Shown: in pieces, positions 41,826-54,286 of the stretch
How the letters are laid out: each line of letters opens with the position of its first letter
How positions within the stretch are numbered: the first letter of the stretch is position 1
DNA from: Eledone cirrhosa
Taxonomy: Eukaryota
Length of the DNA stretch: 64,000 nt
Direction of reading: 5' to 3'
Assembly: GCA_964016885.1 (NCBI GenBank)
Contig: OZ024742.1
Coordinates: forward strand, 171,244,001-171,308,000
Program-made: the position numbers and the translations under genes
The notes under the pieces: generated by a model
What the model saw: the letters and a program-made list of their open reading frames with translations, nothing else
Databases searched by the model: none
What the model was told of the DNA's origin: nothing

Positions 41826-42319
41826 TTATATATTTATATATATATTTATATATATATTTATATATATATATATATATATTTATTTATATATATATATATT
41901 TTTTTATATATATATATATATATATAACAATGTACATACTATTTCTAGAAGCATATACTTCTGAACAAGTGACAAGTGCACCTGGTCGCAAAAGCAATTA
42001 CTGTTTCGAATAACCATCATCATTGGCTTGGTCTAAGATCAACTAGAACTCCCGTTTAGTTTGTTGAAACCATTTTTATAATATATGTAAATATGTATGA
42101 TAGTGAACCATTTACTAGTAAATCGATGTTGCCTAAGGTGCCAAGGTATGCGGTAGATTTGTAAGAGGATATTGAGAGAGGTATGCTGAAAGAATCCGTC
42201 CAACTCGTGGTGTTCATCCTTGTAGATGAGCATTTCACTTTCGATTGCAGTAAAGAGGGAGGTGGTTCGGGGTTGCAGGTTGTCAGGGCTTTCCACAAGT
42301 ATATCAGCTAAAGATGGCC

Positions 42320-42600
42320 GTTAATTAGACAGCTTGTGATTTTCAACTTGTGGGGAAACAGAGCCCGAGCTGACCATCTTCAGCTTGTGGGACAATGAGC
42401 CCTGAACTTATAATCTTAAGCTTATAGGGGCCCAAAGACAGGGCTTGCGATCTTCAGCTAATTGTACTACGGCGGTTGAGCTTGCGATCTACAGCTTGTG
42501 AGGAAACGGTGCCTGAGCTTGAGATTTTCAGCTAATAGGGCTACGGAGGCTGTGCGTGCAACCTTTAGCTCGTGGAGCAACGGTGCCCGAGTTTGTGATA
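42320..42600. repeat. Degenerate minisatellite, ~38-bp unit
   Basis: Recurring GAGCTTGCGATCTTCAGCTTGTGGGG-like unit. Confidence 0.65.
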
Positions 42601-43133
42601 TTGATGTGTTTAAAACATGCTTCATTTTCAATTGTTCAATTGTTGCAATGTCCTTCTTAAACTCATTAAAAACATAATACAGAAAATGGAGAGCGGTTAA
42701 TTAGGCGTTAAATACGAAATTTATGTCATTCATAAGAATAACTGTGCTGAATAAGAATAAAACCGACCGCCAAGTGGCGCTTCACTTTGATGTTAGGTTT
42801 CTTACCGTTTCTTGTATGTCTTGTTATAATATTGTTGGTGTTACAAAGAATTGTTGCAAGTGACAAATAATACTATAGAGGGGGGGGGGGGGAGAACAAA
42901 GAGGGAGTGAGAGAGTGAGAGAGAGAATGAGAAAAATAAATTTGATATCAACGGCCACAGATCATTGATAATTCTGTTCAATGAGAAATCAATATGTTAA
43001 AAGGTGACCAAGTCTGAGGAATAGCAGGATTCGATAAAAAGATAGAAGTAGGAACAGAGAAAGTGTTACAAGAATAGAGATGGGAAAGATTGATAGATTG
43101 AAATTACATGTTGGTTAGAAATTGTTATGAAAT

Positions 43134-43170
<37 letters not shown>

Positions 43171-45267
43171 GAAAGGAAGATATATATATTGAGAGAAGTA
43201 GACATACATAAAGCTAGAGAAGGGGAGGTGAGTGTGAAAAAGAACGATAGATATATACGATAGAAGGATTAAGGAAGAGAATGAGTGAATGATTGAGTGA
43301 TTGTAGGCTAGATTGAGTGAGGAGGAAAGACTTGAGAAGGAAAGATTTCTTTGCTGTAAATGTATTCAGCAACATAAGGCCATATTTCCTAATAGTAAAT
43401 CGATTTTAACAATTCCATGCTTGTTAAGTATTTTAGTAACGACTTTAGCAATCGATTATTACTGCTATTTTATGGTTTTTCCTTTTTATCAACATAATTG
43501 ATTCGGCCATTTACGGCAGTGATTATGACAAGAAGTACTTTGCAACTTGTTTATATTAATTTCTTCTTCTCCTTTCTTAACAGCAATATAAGAGAAAGAA
43601 AAAAGAACGAATCATCTTTGAAGGTTGTGGGGAAAGTGCCTAAGCTTTGGATAATGTATTTCTCTGACGTTATCAACTCAGAGAAGTTTTTGAGACTATT
43701 TTCACATTATATTCGGAACAGCGATCGCTTTGAATCCTCATGGTAATTAACAACCTTTGCTTAGATGCGAAAACCTCCTTTATCGACTATATCGAATCTA
43801 TATTTTAACACATTCCTAAATTTACATGACTTAAAGAGATTGTGTACATCAGTAAAAGGGGGAATATGTTTTGTCATGATAACCACCATTATACTTGTTC
43901 ATCGGGGCTGAAAATTATCTATTCTTCTCTGAATTTGTCTGGTCTGCGATTCTAACCAATAAGCAAATGTTCTGTAAAGCAAGTTTAAGACACTGGAAGT
44001 GTTGGAAGCGATCGTTGCAAATCCTATTATCTGGAATACCATCAGGTGGTAAATGTCTTTTTGTGTCCCTCAGGGCATATAAAGAAGTTACTTAGATTCA
44101 TTTTAAAGTCGATAGATAACAGATAAGTTACATTATTGGACAAGAACACGTCATTCGCCGATAGGATTCCTAGATTTGCTTCCTATACCCGTCAGCTTCG
44201 TGAACTGGGCCGTGAAGAAAATTCAAGTGCAGTTCACTGGACAGAAACAACACATAACATATTAACTTATTTCGCGGCTTATTACATGCGTTTTCCCCCA
44301 TAAAATGTCCCTGAAAACCATTGTTTCTTATAATCAGAAAGTCAGAGCCGGAGGTTATAAGTTTGGAGAGAGGATTTCAAGCTAAAATGAGATCAGCGGG
44401 GAAGCATTGGGTCTATCGTTAGTTTTAACCCACCTACATAATAAACCTGACTTTATTTCTGTTTCCAAAATTATATATATTTGTTTTAGATTTAGCGAAC
44501 CATCCTAGTTTGTGATTAATTAGTCAGAATTAGCGAGGATTTCAAGCTGAAATAATGTCAGGTAGGCTTCAAAAGATTTTTCAGCATATTACCTTTAATA
44601 CTGAGGTGCATCTAATACATTGGAACGTCTTATAAGCAAACATTTGAACATAAGATGTGTGGTCTCGATGTCATATACCTTCATCAATATGTATCAATTT
44701 ATTGCAAAGTCACGTGCTTTAGTGATAATGTACTTGGCTCACAATCGTAAGGTCGTAACTTCGATTCCATGCGGCACAGCGTCCCCTCGTGCATAGCATT
44801 ATACTTCAGGTTGTTCTAGTTCACTCAGTTGGAAAAAAAAAATGATTTATATCTGTAATTTAATGAGCCACCCTTGTTACACACTGCATTAAGCTGAATC
44901 TCCTTGAGAACTTCATTAAAGGTGTACGTAGTTATCGAAATTTAAGCCGCTTGCACGTAAATTTCACGAGTTGTCTCTTCCTTCATTTGAACGGTTGGAA
45001 TATCATCACCGGCGATGTCGGAAGTTCAACAACATCAACTGCAGCAGCAACAGCAACAATAACAATAGCAACAACAACCACGTGATAATAATAATGATAA
45101 TGGTTTCTGATTTAGGCACAAGGCCAGTAATTTTGAAGAGGAAGGGAAAGTCGATTAAATCGCCCCCAGTGCGTGACTACAAGCCCAGCTATTCTGAACT
45201 AAGAAGTTAGACATTAATATGTACACCCCCCCCCCACACACACATATATGTATATATATTTTTTTTA

Positions 45268-45456
45268 ATATAGAAAAGCTTCTACAGTACTAGAACTGTT
45301 TTATTCGTGAGAAATCATTAGGCGCTTCCTGATGATTTCTCACGAATGAAACAGTTCTAGTCATGTAGAAGCTTTTCTATATTAAAATATTTATACTCTG
45401 TTATGTATTGAGTACCTTACTTACTGTGGTTAACCCCGATTGAACCCGGAATAACG

Positions 45457-45457
<1 letters not shown>
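45268..45457. mobile_element. Family D fold-back pair
   Basis: 45268-45322 is the reverse complement of 45328-45382. The sense arm continues to ~45457, followed by (TC)n(TA)n. Confidence 0.8.
45324..45372 (+). ncRNA. Type-I hammerhead ribozyme (family D)
   Basis: GCTTC-CTGATGA-TTTC TCAC GAAT-GAAAC-AG..AT-GTA-GAAGC, with one stem III mismatch. Confidence 0.65.
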
Positions 45458-45544
<87 letters not shown>

Positions 45545-45819
45545 TATGTATATGGAAAAGAATGAAACGAAATTTCATTTCTCACTCTTAGTACGGCTGA
45601 TACCTAAATATAAGTATTTATATGTACATACATATATGTGTACAGACGTACAGTAGTATGTATATATATACATACATGCACATATATATATATGTATGTA
45701 CGTATGGGTTTACCGAATATTTATTATAGTGCTCGGTTTGTTTGTAAACAAACAGCCCGAATTACGCCATACAGTGCTCGGCGACCATTGTCGCCCTTTT
45801 GTTCAACACTGACACAGGA

Positions 45820-45862
45820 ACGATGTACTAGTTTCAAGCTAATTAGCTATCGTCAGTATCGT
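45820..45862 (-). ncRNA. Type-I hammerhead ribozyme (family G)
   Basis: ACGATA-CTGACGA-TAGCT AATT AGCTT-GAAAC-TA-GTA-CATCGT. Confidence 0.75.
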
Positions 45863-46248
45863 ATACCTTTCTGTCAGATAATTGAACGTTTGAAAGTATA
45901 TACTTTCCTTATGCATATTAACAGCTGAGCAGCCTATTTTGCATATCGAGTGAGTTAGTCGGCCGGGCGCACCGAAAACGATAAATGGAAAAGAATGAAA
46001 CGAAATTTCATTTCTCACTCTTAGTACGTCTGATACCTAAATATAATTGTTTATACGTACATACATATATGTATACAGACGGAGAGTAGTATGTATATAT
46101 ATATATACATGCACATATATATATATGTACGTATGGGTTTACCGAACATTTATTATAATGTTCGGTTTGTTTGTAAAGAAACAGCCCGAATTACGCCGTA
46201 CAGTGCTCGGCGACCATCATCGCCCTTTTGTTCAACACTGACACAGGA

Positions 46249-46291
46249 ACGATATACTAGTTTCGAGCTTATTAGCTATCGTCTGTATCGT
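46249..46291 (-). ncRNA. Hammerhead ribozyme copy with mutated core (family G)
   Basis: Same fold, but the core reads CAGACGA instead of CTGACGA. Confidence 0.55.
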
Positions 46292-46732
46292 ATACCTTTC
46301 TGTCAGCTGATTGAACGTTTGAAAGTACATACTTACCTTATGCATATTAACGCCCTTTTGTTCAACACAACACGATGATGGTCACCGAACACTGTACGGC
46401 TTCATTCGGGCTGTTTGTTTACAAACAAACCGATCATTATAATAAATGTTCGGTAAATCCATACGTACATATATATATCTGTGCATGTATGTATATATAA
46501 ACATACTACTGTACGTCTGTACACATATATGTATGTACGTATAAATACTTATATTTGGGTATCAGCCGTACTAAGAGTGAGAAATGAAATTTCGTTTCAT
46601 TCTTTTCCATCTATCGTTTTCGGTGCGCCTGGCCGACTAACTCACTCGATATGCAAATTAGGCTGCTTAATCGTTAATATGCATAAGGAAAGTATATACT
46701 TTCAAACGTCCAATCATCTGACAGAAAGGTAT

Positions 46733-46775
46733 ACGATGCTGACGATAGCTGATAAGCTTGAAACTAGTACATCGT
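46733..46775 (+). ncRNA. Type-I hammerhead ribozyme (family G), intact
   Basis: ACGATG-CTGACGA-TAGCT GATA AGCTT-GAAAC-TA-GTA-CATCGT. Perfect 6-bp stem I and GUA cleavage triplet. Confidence 0.85.
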
Positions 46776-47039
46776 TCCTTTGTCAGTGTTGAACAAAAGG
46801 GCAACGATGGTCACTGAACACTGTACGGCGTTACTCGGGCTGTTTGTTTACAAACAAACCGAGCATTATAATAAATGTTCGGTAAACCCATACGTATATA
46901 TATATATGTGTGTATGTATGTATATATATACATACTACTGTACGTCTGTACACATATATGTATGTACGTATAAATACTTATATATATATATATATCATAA
47001 AACATATCTATGACTTTATATATATATGTGTGTGTAAAC

Positions 47040-47083
<44 letters not shown>

Positions 47084-47120
47084 TAAAATAACAGATTAAA
47101 GTTTAAGCAAAGAATCGCTG

Positions 47121-47161
<41 letters not shown>

Positions 47162-47227
47162 TATTTATACGTACATGCATATATGTGTACAGACGTACAG
47201 TAGTATGTATATATATATACATACATG

Positions 47228-47299
<72 letters not shown>

Positions 47300-48015
47300 C
47301 GTGTGTGTATATTTATATTTTACTTTCTTTTACTGCTTTCAGTCATTTGTCAGCGGCCATGTGTGAGAGAAGGAGAGAGAGGGAGAGACACATACTGTAA
47401 GTTAAGTGTGATTGATTTCTGCTGAATCAACATGCTTTATTAAATTATATGACTAAGACCAGTCACAGAAGATGGTTTTAGAAACTACAACATACCTTAT
47501 GAGAAGAAGTATGCTGTGAAAGAGTTATGTGGTGAGAAAGTGATTAAGATTTAATGATCATTTCTAAATGCAGTTAAGAATATATTAGTTGAGTTGAAAT
47601 ACTATGCAACAGAAGTGGCATACGTGTTTCTGAAGACAAACAATATATTAGTTGAATTGATATACAATGTGACAGAGATGGGGGAGAATATTCTATAGAT
47701 ATAGAATGGTAACAACAAAGGGATAGATGTTTCTATAGATATACAGTTTAATGGAGGTAGTAAAGTGTGTTCTATAGATGTATTGTGTAACACATGAGAT
47801 ACGGTGTCGCTAGAGGTATACAGTACAACATAGATTAGATATGGTGTTTCTATAGGTATACGGTGTATTAGTGGTGTGAACCGGTGTATATACAGATGTA
47901 GTGTATAATAGCGGTGTGGGAGTGTGTTCTATAGAGCTTAGCAGAGATGGGAGAGTGTGTTTTATAGAATATAACAAAGGTGGCAGAGTTTGTACAAACT
48001 CTGCCACCTTTGTTA

Positions 48016-49155
48016 TCTATATATATAAAACTGAGGTTGTCTGTCTGTCTACTGGTTGTCTGTCTGTCTACTAAAACCTTCGGCACACATCTCCTCTTAA
48101 ACCGTACGTTCAAATTTCGGTGAAATTGCTACACTTATAGATGAAGGTCCGGCGGAACCATCGGTCAAATAAATTTTCAAATCGACCCACGCCAAGTGTA
48201 AAAATCGAATTTGTAATATATTGATTTTTCAGTTCAAATGTATAAATAGAGATGAGAGACGAGTTATTTCCCTTTTATGGCGTCATTTGCTTATCTATTT
48301 ATGTTACGTATAAACGACGCGGTGGACCGAGAAGAACAATTTCATGCAAAGACAAGACCAAGTTTATGGTGTAAATGGAGTCGTTAGACTAATATTCTAT
48401 TTAAAATAACCGAAAAATTTCCAGCCCCGGAGATTAAGAATGATGTAAATAAAATTGTAAACGAAAATGACAGGTTATTAAAATAGTTGTTTTTACTTTT
48501 GGCACAAGGCCAGCAATTAAACAGTACATTACTGGTACTTTATTTTATCGACCCCGTAAGGATGAAAGGCAAAGTTAACCTCGACGGGATTTTAACTTTG
48601 CCTTAACATAGTAAAAATAAATAGTGAAGATTTAGGCCAGTACATATGTATGCACCGACGAACATACACATACTTATACATACGCACACACAAATACATA
48701 CACACACACACAGGTGTGCGTGCGCGCCTGTGTGTAAACCTTATGCATTTCTACAGTATTTTCACCAAACTTAAGACATAGGTTACTCATGTACTCCGGA
48801 TGGTCATGGACACTTTCATTTTTCCAGATATTGATTATAGGGCCTCCCGGCGGATAACGCCCTTTAACCACTTCCTTAGAGTCGACTGAAGCACTGCAGT
48901 GCAATGCAAAAAAAACGTCATAACTTCTGGAGTTCGCAACCGATTTTCACAAAACTTGACACATGGGATACGTTGAATGTGAACTCTCAGAATTGGCACA
49001 TATTGAGTAGGGGACCCCTGAGGGCAGGAACCCCCTTTTGGAAAAAGTCGATGAGTTTATAAAAGTATAGTTTTCGAAGCAGCACTGAAGTATTGACATA
49101 AATGGTATACATAAATGCTATTTAATACCCGAGCAACGCCGGGTACCTCTGCTAG
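48016..49155 (+). mobile_element. Non-autonomous Helitron, containing a Meta-SINE fragment at ~48484-48598
   Basis: 5' TC (TCTATATATATAAAA followed by (TGTC)n), subterminal hairpin TACCCG-AGCAACGC-CGGGTA, 3' CTAG. Inserted between A and T with no TSD. Confidence 0.85.
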
Positions 49156-49468
49156 TATTCTATAAAACACCCTCTCTGTCTAAACGTATTGTTATAAGTC
49201 TGGGGTATTATTCTCCATCGAGTGCTAAAGCTATATTCCGAATCTGCATTCGTTAGCTTAGCCGCAGCCTAAAGCTTCGTTAATGCTGTACTAAAATTTG
49301 TATATATATATATATATATATACATACTTTGGGAGGGTCATGTTGCCAATAAGAAACACACGCACCAGTGCTTTCACTTCAATTTATTATAATACATTTA
49401 TAAATTTAAGAATTTATAAATTTCCGGTTGGTTGGTTGGTTCCACAACCAGATGGTTGTTTATATATT

Positions 49469-49511
49469 GTCAAAGTTCTTTCGTCACACATTCTGTGACC
49501 TCATCAGTGAC
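49469..49511 (-). ncRNA. Type-I hammerhead ribozyme (family C)
   Basis: GTCA-CTGATGA-G GTCACA GAATG TGTGAC-GAAA-GAAC-TT-TGAC. Confidence 0.8.
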
Positions 49512-49657
49512 TGGGGATTCTTTTTTTTATTTTTATTTTTTTGTGCCTCTCCTTTGTTCTGTCCTACGCCATCTTGTTTTTGTGTGTCACACAAAAACAA
49601 GATGGCGTAGGACAGAACAAAGGAGAGGCACAAAAAAAACAAAGAAAAGAATCCCAA

Positions 49658-49701
49658 GTCACTGAAGAGGTCACATAATTCTGTGACGAAAGAACTTTGA
49701 C
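49658..49701 (+). ncRNA. Type-I hammerhead ribozyme (family C)
   Basis: GTCA-CTGAAGA-G GTCACA TAATTC TGTGAC-GAAA-GAAC-TT-TGAC. Confidence 0.8.
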
Positions 49702-49929
49702 AATATATAAACAACCATCTGGTTGTGGAACCAACCAACCAACCGGAAATTTATAAATTCCTAAATTTATAAATTTATTATAATAAATTGAAGTGAACAC
49801 GACTGGTGCGTGTGTTTCTTATTGGCAACATGACCCTCCCAAAGTATAACAATATCGGTTTCAACACACGTTTTCAGATAAAGAATCTTGCTAAACAAAT
49901 TCAGAAACGAAATATATATATTTATATAT

Positions 49930-50280
49930 AGCAAAGGTAGAACTATCCTCTACGGCGAAGCCCTGATTAACTTTTTCAGGTTTCACTTGAAGAGGAAAAT
50001 CAGGGTGGAGAGGGAAATACTGCCTTACAACCAGTTAGATGAAAGGTGGGTGAAAGTGGCGAGCATTGTCCGTGTGAATGGGCTTGTTTTCAGTATATCC
50101 TTGTAGATTGAAGGAAAACAACTGGGAGGAGGCACTTTGCCCCTGTGGATAGGGTGACTGTGGAATTTTATAACTTTGCCCCTTTGGATAGGGTGACCGT
50201 GGCATTTTATCACTCCACGAGTGATCCTTGGATTCTCCACACCTTTGGGGAATTTGTTATGTTTATTATTTTAATGTTTA
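49930..50280 (+). mobile_element. Diverged Tx1-like LINE 3' fragment
   Basis: Encodes LINFFRFHLKRKIRVEREIL..ERWVKVASIVRVNG, homologous to the ORF2 C-terminus. Confidence 0.7.
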
Positions 50281-50503
50281 TTTTCTCCCATCACCCATCT
50301 TCGTCCGAAAGATTTCTTCCTATTTTCTTTCTTACTCCCATCTAGTATTATATTTCTACTTCTCCCTCTTTTCATTCTATGTTCCGATGAAAGACTAACG
50401 TCAGAATGTTGAAAATGTTGAAGACACATTTCTTACTTTATTGAGCGTTAAACTAATATATTGTATTGTTCTCCCTCCTTGTTGGTCCTTATTGATTTTT
50501 CGC

Positions 50504-50560
<57 letters not shown>

Positions 50561-50619
50561 GTGTTGGATGCTTAAAGCGTCCGTATGAACACTCGATGCT
50601 CTCATAGATCAGAGTATGG

Positions 50620-50723
50620 TATCACAGAAAAAAAGAGAATCCGTGTTGCGAATTTATTGGACATATTACAATCGTCCAATAAATTCCATTCGTCGCAACA
50701 TTGATTCTCTTTTTTTCTGTGAT
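50620..50723. mobile_element. Family E 3'-end fold-back pair
   Basis: TATCACAGAAAAAAAGAGAATC... / ...GATTCTCTTTTTTTCTGTGATA. Homologous to 30513-30570. Confidence 0.7.
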
Positions 50724-50742
50724 ATATATATATATATATATA

Positions 50743-50949
50743 TAACGAAGGAAATGTGGTAAGGAACCCGATGGACCATAACGCACGAAAGTACTCAATA
50801 CTTAGGGTAGTAGAGTGGGTAATAGGAACGAGTAGGACCCCAACGGCTGAGCTTAAGCCATTTCGACGGCTAATTCTGGACTCTCTGGACTCCAGAATTA
50901 GCCGTCGAAACGGCTTGAGCTCAGCCGTCGGGGTCCTACTCGTTCCTAT
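50743..50949. mobile_element. Family A fold-back pair in (TA)n
   Basis: Turn at ~50880-50892 (CTGGACTCT CTGGACTCCAG). Confidence 0.85.
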
Positions 50950-51163
50950 ATATATATATAGAATAAACAAGGGGCTGCGTGGTTACTTGATAAAGTGTAT
51001 TTAGAAATAAAAGGAAGGCACAAGCAAGGGACAGACCCTTCTTCAGTTGTCTGCTGGAGGTCACCGACATTTCAATGCATTATGACTTCAACCCATCCCA
51101 ATCACCACCCTCCCCCACCACCAGAAATTGTATAAATACCACCATATTACATTGACAGTCGGC

Positions 51164-51210
51164 TTTCCTGATGATTTCCTCCGAATGAAACAGTTCTGGC
51201 CCTGTAGAAG
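51164..51210 (+). ncRNA. Type-I hammerhead ribozyme (family D variant)
   Basis: TTTC-CTGATGA-TTTC CTCC GAAT-GAAAC-AG TTCTGGCC CT-GTA-GAAG. Confidence 0.6.
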
Positions 51211-51244
51211 TCATTTCGATATCATATATATATATATATATATA

Positions 51245-51367
51245 TAACGGAGGAAATGTGGTAAGGAACCAGGTGGACCATAACGCACCAAAGTACTCAA
51301 TACTTAGGGTATTGAGTCCAGAATTAGCCGTCGAAACGGCTTGAGCTCAGCCGTCGGGGTCCTACTA
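51245..51367. mobile_element. Family A inverted pair with non-overlapping arms
   Basis: Antisense 3' piece to ~51311, then sense GAGTCCAGAATT...GGTCCTACT. Confidence 0.8.
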
Positions 51368-51439
<72 letters not shown>

Positions 51440-51794
51440 CTACGTATATACATACATTCATATATACATCATACGTGCATAATACATTTCAAAATGTAGA
51501 CCCACTTAAGTATTAGTCAGTGTGGCTTTTTTTTGTAATCTTTCTTAGGTTTCATACTAGTGTAAACATATTTAAAAAGAAAGTTGTTGATGATGGCGAT
51601 GGCGGTAACGTCAGGGTGCCGTGGGGGTGGTGTTGGTTAGGGGGTTTGGTGTAGTAGGGTTGTGTTGTGGGGTGGGTGCCGGGGATAGAATTATCAGCAG
51701 CAAGACGACACCAAAAATTGATGTGGGGAACAAAGAACATAAAAATCAAAACATACTCCCCACCTCTCACCCCATGAATAACATCAAAAACAAC

Positions 51795-51838
51795 AACTAC
51801 TACTATAACTACTACTACTACTACTACTGCTGCTACTA

Positions 51839-51916
<78 letters not shown>

Positions 51917-51943
51917 TTGCTGCTGCTACTGCTGCTGCTGCTG

Positions 51944-52029
<86 letters not shown>

Positions 52030-52560
52030 CCTCCTCCTCCTCCTCCTCCTACTACTACTACTACTACTTGTAATTATAAAACACCAGACAAAAATGCAAC
52101 AATACGAATGTCTGTGATATGTTGTTTATTTTAAGAATTTGAGAAAAGGGTAGTAGTAGTTGTAGTACTAGGAGTAGTAGTCGTGGTAGTAATAGAAGTA
52201 GAAGTGTAGTATTAGTGTTAATCGTAGTAGTAGTGTTAATCGTAGTAGTAGTAGTGTTAATCGTAGTAGTAGTCGTAATAGTGGTAGTAGTAATAGTTGT
52301 CGTAGTAATAATGTTAGAAGTAGTAATTGTAGTATTAGCAGTAGTAGTAGGAAAAGTAGTTGTAATAGTAGTAGTAGCGATAGTAGTAGCGGTAGTAGTA
52401 GTAGTAGTAGTAGTAGTAGTAATAGTAGTAGTAATAGTAGTAGTAGTAGTAATAGTAGTAGTAGTAAGAGTAGTAGTAGTAGCGATAGTAGTAGTAGTAA
52501 TAGTAGTAGCGATAGTAGTAGCGGTAGTAGTAGTAGTAGTAGGAGTAGTAGTAGTAGTTA
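51795..52560. repeat. (CTA/CTG)n then (TAG)n trinucleotide microsatellites
   Basis: Seen directly in the sequence. Confidence 0.95.
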
Positions 52561-53019
52561 CACTTGTTATTGCAGTCATCATCATCGTATTTCTCTTTTC
52601 AGAGATTTCTTCTTCTTCTTCTTCTCCTACATCTCCCCTTCTCCTACATCCCACTCCTCCTTTGTTATAGTTTGGAGATTTTGCCATAGTTTGTTTGCTA
52701 ATTTATCTTAACATATGTTGTTGTTGTTGTTGTTGCTGTATATCTGAGACAGCAATATTAATGTTTTTTTAATGAATCTTGCTGGGGAGACACGAAAAGA
52801 AGCCAAGAAGCCCAGCACAACAACATCAAATAAACAACATCATTATCAACAAGATCGTGAACAAAACAGCAACAAACACAATATCAATAACTTCAACAAC
52901 ATCATCAACACCAACAACATCATCATCAACACCAACAACATCATCAACAACAACAACTACCTCAAATATATCAACAACACAACGTTATCAAGAATAAGAA
53001 AAACAATATCAGAAATAAT

Positions 53020-53720
53020 ATTTGTTTCTACTTTTGGCACAAGGCCAGCAATTACACTAGTGAGTGCATAACTGGTATTTATTCTATCGACATCGTAAGA
53101 ATGAAAGGCAACGTTAACCTCGGCAGGATCTGAATACAGAACATAAAGGGACGCAACTATATGCCACAAATCATGTTGTCTGACGCTCTACCAATACCGC
53201 TAATCCACTGCCACAATAATAATAATAATAATAATGGTTTCTGACTTAGGCACAAGGCCAGCAATTACCCCGTAGGGATGAAAGGCAAAGTTAACCTGGT
53301 AGGATTTGAACTCATAACCTGAAGGGTCAATGGTTTCTGATTTAGGCACAAGGCCAGCAATTACCCCGTAGGGATGAAAGACAAAGTTAACCTGGTAGGA
53401 TTTGAACTCATAACCTGAAGGGTCAATGGTTTCTGATTTAGGCACAAGGACAGCAATTACCCCGTAGGGATGAAAGGCAAAGTTAACCTGGTAGGATTTG
53501 AACTCAGAACGTGAAGGGTCAATGGTTTCTGATTTAGACACAAGGCCAAAAAATCTTTTGGAGGGGAAAGTCGATTAAATGGACCCTAGGGCAACATTGG
53601 TGCTTTATTTTATTGACCTAGTAAGGATGAAAGGCAAAGCTAACATCGGTGGGATTTGAACTCAGAACGTAAAGAGTCATAACTCAATGTCACAAAGCTT
53701 ATTGTCCGACTCTCTACTGA
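53020..53720 (-). mobile_element. Meta-SINE cluster including a 96-bp tandem repeat of an internally deleted SINE
   Basis: Units start AATGGTTTCTGA at 53233, 53329, 53425 and 53521. Confidence 0.8.
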
Positions 53721-54034
53721 TGCTGCTGGTCCACCACCCAGGATGTAAAGGTAGACAATGAGGGCAGTGTTGAAACAGAGACATAGTGAGAATGAGTATG
53801 TAAGAAAGAGAGAGTGTGAGAGATAAGAAATAGTGAGTTGTGGCAGACATATAGAATCAGGAATTGGAAAAATGTGGGTGCGGGGGAAAGGGAGAGGAGT
53901 GATAGAGATATAGAGAAAGAGAGACAATAGAGTCAGATCTAGTAAATGATCTAGCTAGAAATTATAAATATATATATGAATGATCTAGCTAGGAATTATA
54001 TAATTATATATATATATATATTATATATATATAT

Positions 54035-54226
54035 ATAGGAACGAGTAGGACCCCCACGGCTGAGTTCAAGCCGTTTCGACGGCTAATTCTCTTCAGAATT
54101 AGCCGTCGAAACGGCTTGAGCTCAGCCGTCGGGGTCCTACTCGTTCCTATTACCCACTCTACTACCCTAAGTATTGAGTACTTTGGTGCGTTATGGTCCA
54201 CCTGGTTCCTTACCACATTTCCTTCG

Positions 54227-54228
<2 letters not shown>
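54035..54228. mobile_element. Family A fold-back pair in (TA)n (long arm on +)
   Basis: Turn at ~54090 (AATTCT-CTTC-AGAATT). The long arm ends CCTTCGTT+(TA)n. Confidence 0.85.

Positions 54229-54286
<58 letters not shown>

Larger units (their letters stand above)
45552..46981. mobile_element. Family G retrozyme-like tandem multimer (~430-nt unit): two arrays in opposite orientation
   Basis: Unit starts at 45552 and 45985 (minus-sense array to 46350). An inverted array spans 46372-46981. One HHR per unit, with (TA)n flanks. Confidence 0.85.
49326..49912. mobile_element. Family C fold-back pair: ~260-bp arms, each with an HHR
   Basis: Arms meet at ~49587 (TTTTTGTGTG-T-CACACAAAAA). The sense arm continues to the 3' end at 49912. 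Confidence 0.85.

Noticed and set aside
42039-42300. Possible CR1/L2-type LINE 3' remnant
   Set aside because: Only a faint resemblance (ELDGFFQH), too weak to call without a search.
50380-50430. HHR-like CCGATGA...GAAAA
   Set aside because: Core mutated and stems not reconstructable.
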